From Actinomycetota bacterium (lineage in GTDB: Bacteria > Actinomycetota > Actinomycetes > S36-B12 > UBA5976), in contig JBEGTB010000007.1 of the NCBI GenBank assembly GCA_041179585.1, positions 1-42,798 of the forward strand: DNA of 42,798 bases, written 5' to 3'. Each line of letters begins with the position of its first letter. Position 1 is the first letter of the stretch. Below are positions 29,980-38,553 of this stretch, piece after piece. Made by a program: the position numbers and the translations under genes. The notes under the pieces are model-generated. The model had not been told where the DNA came from. It made no database searches and saw nothing but the letters and a program-made list of their open reading frames with translations.

Positions 29980-29981
29980 AC

Positions 29982-32831
29982 ATGACCTTGTTATCTGATC
30001 CTCGTGGCTTATCGCCAATCCGTGATGGCATTGGTGAACCAGATTTTGGTACGCCAAAGTCCACTTCAGATGTGACCGTCACTCTAACCATTGATGGCTC
30101 ACCAGTTTCAGTTCCAGCTGGAACATCAATCATGCGCGCAGCTGGTGAATCTGGTTGTTCGATTCCCAAACTTTGTGCAACTGACTCTCTTGAACCATTT
30201 GGTTCATGCCGCATGTGTTTAGTCGAAATTGATGGTCGCAAGGGAACACCTGCTTCATGTACAACTCCGGTTGAAGAGGGAATGGTTGTTCGCACCCAGA
30301 CTGCAAAGCTGGGCAAACTTCGTCGCAATGTGATGGAACTTTATATTTCTGATCATCCGCTTGAATGTTTAACTTGCGCTGCAAATGGTGACTGTGAACT
30401 TCAGGATATGGCTGGTGTGGTTGGTCTACGCGATGTTCGCTACGGATACGAAGGTGAAAATCACCTTGGCGCAGTTAAAGACCAGAGCAACCCTTACTTT
30501 GATTTTGATAGCAGCAAGTGCATCGTTTGTAATCGTTGTGTTCGCGCCTGCGATCAGATCCAAGGAACACTTGCCTTAACCATCGAAGGCCGAGGCTTTA
30601 ATTCAAAAGTAAGCCCAGGCGGACTTAATTTCTTATCAAGTGAATGTGTTTCTTGTGGTGCTTGCGTTCAGGCATGTCCAACCGGAACTCTAGAAGAAAA
30701 AAGCGTTATTGAACTTGGTATGCCAACTCGCACAGTTCAAACAACCTGTGCTTACTGTGGTGTTGGCTGTACTTTCAACGCTGAACTTCGCGGCGATGAA
30801 TTAGTTCGTATGGTGCCTGCCAAAACTGGTGGCGCTAATGAAGGCCATTCATGCGTTAAAGGCCGTTTCGCTTTTGGCTACGCCAGCCACAAAGACCGCA
30901 TCCTTTCACCAATGATTCGCGAAAAAATCACTGATGAATGGACTGAAGTCTCTTGGGATGAAGCCATTACATACGCTGCCACCAAGTTCAAAGAGATTCA
31001 GGCTAAATACGGTGACAACTCAATTGGTGGCGTGACTTCATCTCGCTGTACAAACGAAGAAATCTTCACCGTACAAAAAATGATCCGCACAGCTTTCGGT
31101 AACAACAACGTTGATACCTGTGCTCGCGTATGTCACTCACCAACAGGTTTTGGATTAAGTTCAACATTTGGAACTTCAGCTGGTACCCAAGACTTCAAGT
31201 CTGTTGGCAAATCTGATGTGATCTTGCTAATTGGTGCTAATCCAACAGATGCCCACCCAGTATTTGGTTCACGCCTAAAGCGTCGCCTTCGTCAAGGTGC
31301 AAAGCTAATCGTTGTTGACCCACGCAAGATTGATCTTGTTGAATCAGCACACGTTAAGGCTAATCACCATCTACAACTTCAACCAGGCACAAACGTTGCA
31401 GTAATCAATGCACTTGCGCACGTAATTGCGACTGAAGGTTTGGCTGATAAGAACTTCATCGCTGAACGCTGCGATAACGAAGCATTTGATCGCTGGATGA
31501 AATTTATTTCTCTTCCAGAAAATAGCCCTGAAGTTGTTGAAGCACAGTCCGGAGTTCCTGCCGAAGAACTTCGCAAGGCCGCTCGCTTGTTTGCCACAAG
31601 TGGAAACGGTGCAATTTATTACGGTCTAGGTGTTACCGAACACAGCCAAGGTTCAACCATGGTTATGGGCATGGCAAACCTTGCTATGGCAACTGGAAAC
31701 ATCGGTCGCGAGGGTGTTGGAGTTAACCCGCTTCGTGGACAGAACAACGTTCAGGGATCTTGCGACATGGGGTCTTTCCCACACGAACTTTCTGGTTACC
31801 GTCACGTTTCAGATGATGCAGTTCGCGAACAGTTTGAAACATTATGGGATGTAAAACTTCTTCCTGAACCAGGTATGCGCATTCCAAACATGCTGGATAA
31901 CGCAATTTCTGGTGAATTCCGTGGCATGTTCGTGCATGGCGAGGACATCGCTCAATCAGATCCAAATACTAAGCACGTCATGGCCGCTCTTGAAGCAATG
32001 GATCTAGTTGTTGTTCAAGACTTGTTCATCAACGAAACAGCTAAGTTTGCTCACGTATTTTTCCCAGGAACTTCGTTCCTTGAAAAAGATGGCACATTCA
32101 CCAACGCTGAACGTCGCATTAACCGCGTCCGTCCAGTAATGGCACCTAAGAATGGCAAACAAGAATGGCAAATCATTTCTGAGCTAGCAACTGCAATGGG
32201 TTACCCAATGCATTATGACAATGCTGCTCAAATCATGGATGAAATTGCAGCGATCACCCCAACATTTAAGAATGTCAGCTTTGAACTTCTTGATCGCGTT
32301 GGCAGCTTGCAGTGGCCAGTAAATGATGCAGCTCCGCAAGGAACACCAATCATGCACGTTAATGGTTTTGTTCGCGGTAAGGGCTTATTTGTTGAGACAC
32401 CATTTGTACCAACAGAAGAACGTGCCAATCGCAAGTTCCCACTGCTATTAACAACAGGGCGCATTCTTAGCCAATACAACGTTGGTGCACAGACTCGTCG
32501 CACAGCGAATAGCACTTGGCATCAAGAAGATGTTTTAGAAATTCACGAATCCGACGCGCAAATGCGCGGAATCGTCGATGGCCAGAAAGTTGCGATTTCA
32601 AGTCGTATCGGTGAGACAGTTATGCGAGCAGAGGTTTCGGCTCGCGTTCCAGCTGGCGTTGTATACACAACTTTCCATCATCCGATAAGCGGCGCGAATG
32701 TGATTACAACTGAATTCTCTGACTGGGCAACCAACTGTCCAGAATACAAAGTGACCGCAGTTGAAATCAGACCAGCTGATTCAAGCCAGGATGCAACCAA
32801 TTCTCTTGATGATGTCTTGATGAAGGCTTAA
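29982..32831 (+). CDS. fdsA: NAD-dependent formate dehydrogenase alpha subunit (Mo-bis-PGD, Cys ligand)
   Basis: IPKLC..GSCRMC and multiple Fe-S motifs, CAYCGVGC, active-site DTCARVCH (Cys, not Sec), LRGQNNVQG and CPEYKV. Confidence 0.95.
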   Translation: MTLLSDPRGLSPIRDGIGEPDFGTPKSTSDVTVTLTIDGSPVSVPAGTSIMRAAGESGCSIPKLCATDSLEPFGSCRMCLVEIDGRKGTPASCTTPVEEGMVVRTQTAKLGKLRRNVMELYISDHPLECLTCAANGDCELQDMAGVVGLRDVRYGYEGENHLGAVKDQSNPYFDFDSSKCIVCNRCVRACDQIQGTLALTIEGRGFNSKVSPGGLNFLSSECVSCGACVQACPTGTLEEKSVIELGMPTRTVQTTCAYCGVGCTFNAELRGDELVRMVPAKTGGANEGHSCVKGRFAFGYASHKDRILSPMIREKITDEWTEVSWDEAITYAATKFKEIQAKYGDNSIGGVTSSRCTNEEIFTVQKMIRTAFGNNNVDTCARVCHSPTGFGLSSTFGTSAGTQDFKSVGKSDVILLIGANPTDAHPVFGSRLKRRLRQGAKLIVVDPRKIDLVESAHVKANHHLQLQPGTNVAVINALAHVIATEGLADKNFIAERCDNEAFDRWMKFISLPENSPEVVEAQSGVPAEELRKAARLFATSGNGAIYYGLGVTEHSQGSTMVMGMANLAMATGNIGREGVGVNPLRGQNNVQGSCDMGSFPHELSGYRHVSDDAVREQFETLWDVKLLPEPGMRIPNMLDNAISGEFRGMFVHGEDIAQSDPNTKHVMAALEAMDLVVVQDLFINETAKFAHVFFPGTSFLEKDGTFTNAERRINRVRPVMAPKNGKQEWQIISELATAMGYPMHYDNAAQIMDEIAAITPTFKNVSFELLDRVGSLQWPVNDAAPQGTPIMHVNGFVRGKGLFVETPFVPTEERANRKFPLLLTTGRILSQYNVGAQTRRTANSTWHQEDVLEIHESDAQMRGIVDGQKVAISSRIGETVMRAEVSARVPAGVVYTTFHHPISGANVITTEFSDWATNCPEYKVTAVEIRPADSSQDATNSLDDVLMKA

Positions 32832-32837
32832 GTCCAG

Positions 32838-33053
32838 ATGGATGTAGCGAAACTAAAGATGATGGTTAATCAAATTGACCAGAACATTCCTTTTGCTGGC
32901 GTTAAATCTGAAGTGATTGCAACACATCTGAAGAAATTCTGGACACCACAAATGCGAGCAGATATTTTTCATGATGTTCAGGCCAGTCCTGAGAGCTATA
33001 GTGCTGATGTTCGTGAAGCTGTTACCAAACTTCATCAAGAAGCCAACGCTTAA
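32838..33053 (+). CDS. fdsD: Formate dehydrogenase delta subunit
   Basis: KL..MVNQI...IATHLKKFW.P.MR signature; 71 aa directly after fdsA. Confidence 0.88.
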   Translation: MDVAKLKMMVNQIDQNIPFAGVKSEVIATHLKKFWTPQMRADIFHDVQASPESYSADVREAVTKLHQEANA

Positions 33054-33057
33054 TCTT

Positions 33058-34221
33058 CTACCAAGGAAGTCTAAGTAAGCGAACTGTGCTGGTCCCTGGA
33101 ATCTTTCCAGGTTTTACAACGGCCAAAGCATCTGCTGAAACTAAGCCACGTAACATCGCTGATCCACGAAATTCAGTCGGACTAACTTTGCCGTCAGTAA
33201 AACTAACTGGAATCACGCGAGTTCGATCCGCTTCTGATTCTTGCTTAAGTGAAGAAATTTCTAGCTCACTAAGTGGTTGACCTAGGAGTCGATTCATTGC
33301 TGGAGCCACAATAGTTAAAAAACTAACCAGCGCTGCAAGTGGATTACCAGGAAGACTTGCTACAAGTTGGCCACTTGGAAGTTTTGCTAAAACACTTGGA
33401 TGGCCCGGGCGCATATTTATTTCATCAATTAAAAACTCAGCGTTTAAATCACGTAGCGCACTTCTAATGTAATCAAAGTCGCCATGAGCCGTTCCACCTG
33501 TTGTGATGATTATTGGTGCAAGGCAAGAAACAATCGCATTTCTAGTCTCGGATGCATCATCGAGCACCCTAGTTAGTTGCCCAATTTGCCCACCAATGTG
33601 ATTAATCCAGGATGGAATTTGAATGGATAGTGAGTCTCGAATTTGGCCCGGGCCAGCGTCACCTGAGCTGATTAATTCATCGCCGGTAATCAATACATCA
33701 ATGTATGGGATTTCGCGAACATTTATTTGATCGATGCTTGCACTAGCAGCCAGACCTGCTGCAGCTGGAGTAATTTTTTGACCGGCAGCCAAAATAACTT
33801 CGCCAGCTTTAGCTTCATCACCTGGGACGCGGATGTGTTTACCCATAGGAACTGGAACTTTGCTTGCAATATCGCCATCAAAAATAATTGCATCTTCATT
33901 TGGTATTACAAAAGAACAGGCTGGGGGAATGTGTGCACCAGTGCTAACTCGAAGCGCATCACCTGAAGCTAATTCAAACGCAGCTTGGCCTGCGCGAACT
34001 TCACCCATGATCTTCCATGGACCAGAGCCTGCAACTGCATAGCCATCCATCATCGCTGTGTGAGCAGGTGGCAAATCTGATTTCGCAACTAAATCAACAG
34101 CACAAGTACGGCCAATTGAATGAAGAAGTTCGATTGTCTGAATACCTACCGGTGAGACATTGTCATATGAAATTTGGCGGGCGTCATCCCATTCCACATT
34201 GTGGTTCGCCAAATTAGCCAT
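33058..34221 (-). CDS. moeA: Molybdopterin molybdotransferase
   Basis: AMMDGYAV, TGA..P, TGDEL, TTGG...G.FD, MRPGHP and LPGNP motifs. Confidence 0.92.
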   Translation of the reverse strand: MANLANHNVEWDDARQISYDNVSPVGIQTIELLHSIGRTCAVDLVAKSDLPPAHTAMMDGYAVAGSGPWKIMGEVRAGQAAFELASGDALRVSTGAHIPPACSFVIPNEDAIIFDGDIASKVPVPMGKHIRVPGDEAKAGEVILAAGQKITPAAAGLAASASIDQINVREIPYIDVLITGDELISSGDAGPGQIRDSLSIQIPSWINHIGGQIGQLTRVLDDASETRNAIVSCLAPIIITTGGTAHGDFDYIRSALRDLNAEFLIDEINMRPGHPSVLAKLPSGQLVASLPGNPLAALVSFLTIVAPAMNRLLGQPLSELEISSLKQESEADRTRVIPVSFTDGKVSPTEFRGSAMLRGLVSADALAVVKPGKIPGTSTVRLLRLPW

Positions 34222-34260
34222 GGGATTAATCTACCTGCAAACGTGTGCGATGCTTTATTT

Positions 34261-35073
34261 GTGCAAAATATGCAACTATCTCAGATTGATTCAATAGTTG
34301 TTGCCGGCGGTAAGGCCACTCGTATTGGCGGCATTGATAAAGCAATGCTTCCCCTAGGTCTTAATCAAAAAACTTTATTAGCTTCAGTTGTTGCCAGTTG
34401 CCCTGGAAAAGTTATTGTTGCAGGCTCCAATCGACCAGAGATAAATGGCGTTACCTGGGTGGATGACTTAAGTGCTGATGGGGGACCAGCTGCGGGAATT
34501 TGGGCGGCTCTTACCCAAATTAATTCTGAATATGTATTCATCAGTGCAGGTGATCAACGAATAAATAGCGATCAAGTAAATCAGATTTGCTTGGCTGCCC
34601 TTGGCCATGATGGCGCTTGGGCTATTAGGGAAAATGGCCAAGGCCAACCACTTCTGGCCTGTGTTAAATCGCGACTAATTAAAGATTTACTGCAGGAGTC
34701 AAAAGGTGTTAACGCTTCACCTTTACGATTAATGCAACAGTTAAATATGGTTGAAGTGAAAGTGGCAACTAGCGAAGTATTAGATATTGATACTTGGGCT
34801 GATGCCATCAATGCGGTTAAGGAATCTGGAATGAGTGAAGTAACTCCTGTTTGGTTAAAACAAGTTGCCGCAACTTTAGGTATTCCTGAAACTGAAATAC
34901 CAGTTAATGCACTTCTTGATCTAACCCGCGATGTTGCCCACAATGTTGAGCGCAAATCTGCACCTCTAACCACATTCTTAATTGGCCTTGCTGCCGGAAA
35001 AACTGGAGCAAGTGAAAAAGAATTAATTGAAAAAGTTGAGCAGGCAATAAAAGACTGGACCCCAAGTGAATAA
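34261..35073 (+). CDS. mobA: Molybdenum cofactor guanylyltransferase fused to a C-terminal small domain (DUF6457-like)
   Basis: VAGG.ATR.GG.DK, GP.AG, QPL and DIDTW motifs followed by W.......LG......LLDLTRDVAH.V.R..APLTTFL.G. The start is likely GTG 34261 or ATG 34270, since the ORF-track start 34174 overlaps moeA. Confidence 0.82.
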   Translation: MQNMQLSQIDSIVVAGGKATRIGGIDKAMLPLGLNQKTLLASVVASCPGKVIVAGSNRPEINGVTWVDDLSADGGPAAGIWAALTQINSEYVFISAGDQRINSDQVNQICLAALGHDGAWAIRENGQGQPLLACVKSRLIKDLLQESKGVNASPLRLMQQLNMVEVKVATSEVLDIDTWADAINAVKESGMSEVTPVWLKQVAATLGIPETEIPVNALLDLTRDVAHNVERKSAPLTTFLIGLAAGKTGASEKELIEKVEQAIKDWTPSE

Positions 35074-35884
35074 TCAGGAACCAGTCTCGGCGACAGCCAG
35101 AATTACCGTTAAAAAAACAGGTAAAGATTCACCAGTTACCGATTATGTGGTTGGCGAAGAGCCACTTGAAATTCGCCTGGAAACTGAAAGTGGTAAACAG
35201 CAATTAGCCGTAACCATGCGAACTCCGGGTAGCGACAATGAGCTTGGCGCAGGATTCTTGTGGTCAGAAGGACTACTTCGCACTCGCGATGACTTAATTG
35301 CAATCACATCTTGTAAAGATGCGGACTTAACTCCGCGTGAGCGCGAAAATATTATCGTTGCTCACGTTAAGCCTGGTACTCCAGCACTTAACCGAGTTCT
35401 TGATCGCAGATTCACAATTTCAAGTGCTTGTGGGGTTTGCGGTTCAACTCAAATAGATGATCTACGTGAACGCGGTTGCCAGAATGTTACCCCAGCAACT
35501 TTGCCAATCGAAAAGATGGTCACGCTTCCAGATTTAATGCGTCCACGCCAAAAGATATTTGAAAAAACTGGTGGCTTACATGCAGCTGGATTATTTGATC
35601 CCAATGGCAACTTAGTTATCGTTCGTGAAGATGTTGGCCGTCACAATGCAGTGGACAAAGTTGTTGGTTATGCGCTGATGAATAATCTAATTCCACTTAG
35701 TGGTTATACCCTTGCAATCTCTGGTCGCGGGGGATACGAAATTATTCAAAAAGCGATCAGTTCTGGAATTTCTGCAGTGGTTGCTGTTTCCGCGCCAACA
35801 TCATTGGCTGTTGAAACTGCAAAAGCTTTTGGCCTGACCTTACTTGGCTTTACTCGCCAAGGTCAGGCAACACATTACAACTAA
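35066..35884 (+). CDS. fdhD: Formate dehydrogenase accessory sulfurtransferase
   Basis: EEPLEIR, TMRTPG, SACGVCG, TGGLHAA, REDVGRHNAVDK and SAPT.LA motifs. Confidence 0.96.
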   Translation: MNNQEPVSATARITVKKTGKDSPVTDYVVGEEPLEIRLETESGKQQLAVTMRTPGSDNELGAGFLWSEGLLRTRDDLIAITSCKDADLTPRERENIIVAHVKPGTPALNRVLDRRFTISSACGVCGSTQIDDLRERGCQNVTPATLPIEKMVTLPDLMRPRQKIFEKTGGLHAAGLFDPNGNLVIVREDVGRHNAVDKVVGYALMNNLIPLSGYTLAISGRGGYEIIQKAISSGISAVVAVSAPTSLAVETAKAFGLTLLGFTRQGQATHYN

Positions 35885-35901
35885 TTGGCTTTACGACTAT
35901 T

Positions 35902-35978
35902 TGGGGTGAGTGACGGGACTTGAACCCGCGGCATCCTGGACCACAACCAGGTGCTCTACCAGCTGAGCTACACCCACC
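35902..35978 (-). tRNA. tRNA-His (GTG), with encoded G-1 and CCA
   Basis: Reverse complement folds as a cloverleaf: acceptor GTGGGTG/CACTCAC, anticodon arm CCTGG-TTGTGGT-CCAGG, T-loop GTTCAAG, C discriminator pairing with G-1, CCA end. Confidence 0.97.
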
Positions 35979-36041
35979 ATGTGCCATCACTTATTAAAAA
36001 GTGACAACCTGAATAATTGTAATGAACTAAGCGAAGTTCGA

Positions 36042-36668
36042 CTAATTTGCTGAAAGTTTGTCCGCAATCTTGCGGGCTTTGTCTGCATCTGGGCCAGGCT
36101 GATCCACGAATGCAACTTCACGGTAGTAGCGAAGTTCAATAATTGAATCTTTGATGTCACCTAATGCGCGGTGATTGCCGATTTTGGCTGGGCTTGCAAA
36201 GTAAAGGCGTGGGTACCAGCGACGAACAAGTTCTTTAATCGATGAAACATCGATGATTCGGTAGTGCAGGTATGAGTCAACTCTTGGCATATCGCGCTGA
36301 ATAAAGATTCGATCAACATGAACTGAACTGCCGGCAAGCGGTGCTTTATTGGCTTCTGGCACACGTTCAGTGATGTATTCAAAAAGTGCAGCTTCCGCTT
36401 CTTCAAGTGAGACACCTTTTGGAATTTCAGGAAGTAGACCAGATTCGGTGTGCATTGAAACGACCACAGGATCCATGTTGTCTAGTTTGTCCTGCGGAGC
36501 CTTGATGACAATTTGGAAACCCTCATCAACTGCATTTAATTCAGCATCAGTAATGATGCAGGCAATTTCTACCAATAAATCATTCTTGAAATCAAGACCG
36601 GTCATCTCACAATCGATCCAGACAATGCGATCCATTGGATTGCGTTGTTCGCCTTGGGTTTCAGTCAC
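36042..36668 (-). CDS. orn: Oligoribonuclease
   Basis: VWIDCEMTGL, MH..SGL, LHYR.IDVSSIKEL and HRAL.DI.DSI.EL.YY motifs. Confidence 0.96.
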   Translation of the reverse strand: MTETQGEQRNPMDRIVWIDCEMTGLDFKNDLLVEIACIITDAELNAVDEGFQIVIKAPQDKLDNMDPVVVSMHTESGLLPEIPKGVSLEEAEAALFEYITERVPEANKAPLAGSSVHVDRIFIQRDMPRVDSYLHYRIIDVSSIKELVRRWYPRLYFASPAKIGNHRALGDIKDSIIELRYYREVAFVDQPGPDADKARKIADKLSAN

Positions 36669-36687
36669 GCAGTAATTCTAATCAAAG

Positions 36688-37035
36688 TTAATTGTTTAAT
36701 TTAGATTCAAGATCAACTAGGCGTTTTCTCAGGGCAGCAAGCTCGCTTTCTTCAACCAATCCCATTCGAGCCACAATCTGGCTTAGTACCTTTTCAACTT
36801 CTTCAGTGCTAAAGATTGAGTTATCTGAATTTGCCCTAAATCTTGGACGTTCAGGAAGTGAGTCAATAAGTTCTCGGACAATCGAAACGCCAGTTGCGCC
36901 TAGAACGAACAGCGCATCAGAGATTGCTTGTGGATCAACTTCGCGTCCACTTTCACTTCTTTGTTCAACGACACGTTCTTGGCTCTTTTCAAGCATGTCA
37001 GCGCCCATGCGAAGTAGTTCAGCAATGTTTATCAC
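36688..37035 (-). CDS. Hypothetical helical/coiled-coil protein (about 115 aa)
   Basis: Fills the gap between orn and the kinase; C-terminal GLV..SEL.ALRKRL.DLE coil; start placed at GTG 37035 because TACCAT lies 6 nt upstream. Confidence 0.65.
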   Translation of the reverse strand: MINIAELLRMGADMLEKSQERVVEQRSESGREVDPQAISDALFVLGATGVSIVRELIDSLPERPRFRANSDNSIFSTEEVEKVLSQIVARMGLVEESELAALRKRLVDLESKLNN

Positions 37036-37123
37036 CCTTTGATGGTAACTCGAAAAACCAGATTTCGCATTTTGTACCAAAACCATGAAATGCGCACCAT
37101 GGCGTTTTAAGTCAAAATTAGGT

Positions 37124-38437
37124 GTGCCTGAAATTCCACAATATTCAATCTCAAGAAGTGCTCGGATGATGAGTATTCCTGCAGCTCACGTTGGGCGCAG
37201 GGCTATTGGAGCAGGCAAAACAATACTTGGTAAAGACAGTGATGAAGCAAAAATTGAGGCTCAATTAAAAACAGCAGCACAGCTTTTTAGAGTCATGGGA
37301 ACGCTAAAGGGCGGGGCTATGAAACTTGGCCAAGCCATGAGCGTTTTTGAATCATCGTTGCCAGAGTCTCTGGTTGGGCCTTACCGCGAATCACTAAGTA
37401 AATTGCAAGATTCTGCGCCACCAATGTCAACGGCCAGCGTGCTTAAACAAATGAAAAAGAATTTGGGCCCAGATTGGCGTAGCCGATTTTTAGAATTTGA
37501 TGAAGTGCCAGCCGCAGCCGCTTCTATCGGACAAGTTCATAAAGCTACCTGGAAAGATGGCAGAACCGTTGCCGTGAAAATTCAGTACCCAGGTGCAGCT
37601 GGCGCTTTGATTGCCGATTTGAATCAGATTTCCAGATTGGCAAGATTAGTTGGTCTAACAATTCCAGGCCTTGATGTTAAAGCACTAATAACCGAGCTCA
37701 AGTCAAAAGTGGTTGAAGAACTCGACTATTTACACGAGGCAAAATCGCAAAAAGCTTTTGCAAATGCTTACGAAGGCCATCCAGACTTTTTCATTCCACA
37801 TGTTTTATCAGCCGCACCTGAAGTGATGATTACTGAATGGGCTGACTCAAAACCACTTTTAGAAGTTATTAATCACGGCACAAAAGTAGATCGCGATAAG
37901 TATGGACTTTTACTTTTCAGATTTCTTTTGTCTGGGCCAAAAATTGCAGGGTTATTACACGCCGATCCGCACCCTGGAAATTTCCGAATAATGGCGGATG
38001 GAAAATTACTTATTTTAGATTTTGGAGCAACTGCAGATTTTCCAGACGGCCTGCCCCATAGCATGGGCAAATTACTAAGCATTGCCATGCAGGGAAATGA
38101 CGCTGCAGTTGTTGCAGGACTTAAATCAGAAGGGTTCCTAAAGGAAAACATAAATATTGATCCAAAGTCATTACTCAATTACTTAGCTCCTTTTACTGAG
38201 CCAAGTGCAGTACCAGAATTTCAACACTCAAGAGAATGGTTGCAAGATTTATTTGCCAAGACCGCTGACCCAAGAAACCCAGACTGGTCAATAGCTTTCA
38301 AGATAAACCTGCCACCTGAATACCTAATGATTCACCGAACCTGGATTGGCAGCCTTGGCGTTCTGTGCCAACTTGAATCAAAATTTTCTGTTCGCGATGA
38401 ATTTGAAAGATGGGTACCAGGTTTCGCTAAAGTTTAA
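37124..38437 (+). CDS. ABC1/UbiB/AarF family atypical kinase
   Basis: KGG.MKLGQ, AAASIGQVH, VAVKIQYPG, EELDY, HADPHPGNF and LDFG motifs. GTG 37124 (MPEIP) is preferred over ATG 37085, but the start is uncertain. Confidence 0.9.
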   Translation: MPEIPQYSISRSARMMSIPAAHVGRRAIGAGKTILGKDSDEAKIEAQLKTAAQLFRVMGTLKGGAMKLGQAMSVFESSLPESLVGPYRESLSKLQDSAPPMSTASVLKQMKKNLGPDWRSRFLEFDEVPAAAASIGQVHKATWKDGRTVAVKIQYPGAAGALIADLNQISRLARLVGLTIPGLDVKALITELKSKVVEELDYLHEAKSQKAFANAYEGHPDFFIPHVLSAAPEVMITEWADSKPLLEVINHGTKVDRDKYGLLLFRFLLSGPKIAGLLHADPHPGNFRIMADGKLLILDFGATADFPDGLPHSMGKLLSIAMQGNDAAVVAGLKSEGFLKENINIDPKSLLNYLAPFTEPSAVPEFQHSREWLQDLFAKTADPRNPDWSIAFKINLPPEYLMIHRTWIGSLGVLCQLESKFSVRDEFERWVPGFAKV

Positions 38438-38515
38438 TTTTCAGCGCACCCAAAGTCGGGCACGTATCTGGAATAAATGCGCTTGCAATTGGTTAGTTAT
38501 AGACATAAACTAAAA

Positions 38516-38533
38516 TAGTTGAAAATTCAACTA
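38516..38533. promoter_or_regulatory. Palindromic operator upstream of pirin
   Basis: TAGTTGAA-AA-TTCAACTA perfect inverted repeat, with a related TAGTT-N9-AACTA at 38494-38512. Confidence 0.65.
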
Positions 38534-38553
38534 AAGACCTAGGAGATTAATAA

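Noticed and set aside
29982-32831. Selenocysteine formate dehydrogenase
   Set aside because: The active site reads CARVCH with a Cys codon; there is no in-frame TGA and no sel genes.
18704-33053. Autotrophic Wood-Ljungdahl pathway or acetogenesis
   Set aside because: No CODH/ACS or corrinoid iron-sulfur protein genes are in the window; linkage to O2-dependent oxidases favours the oxidative direction.
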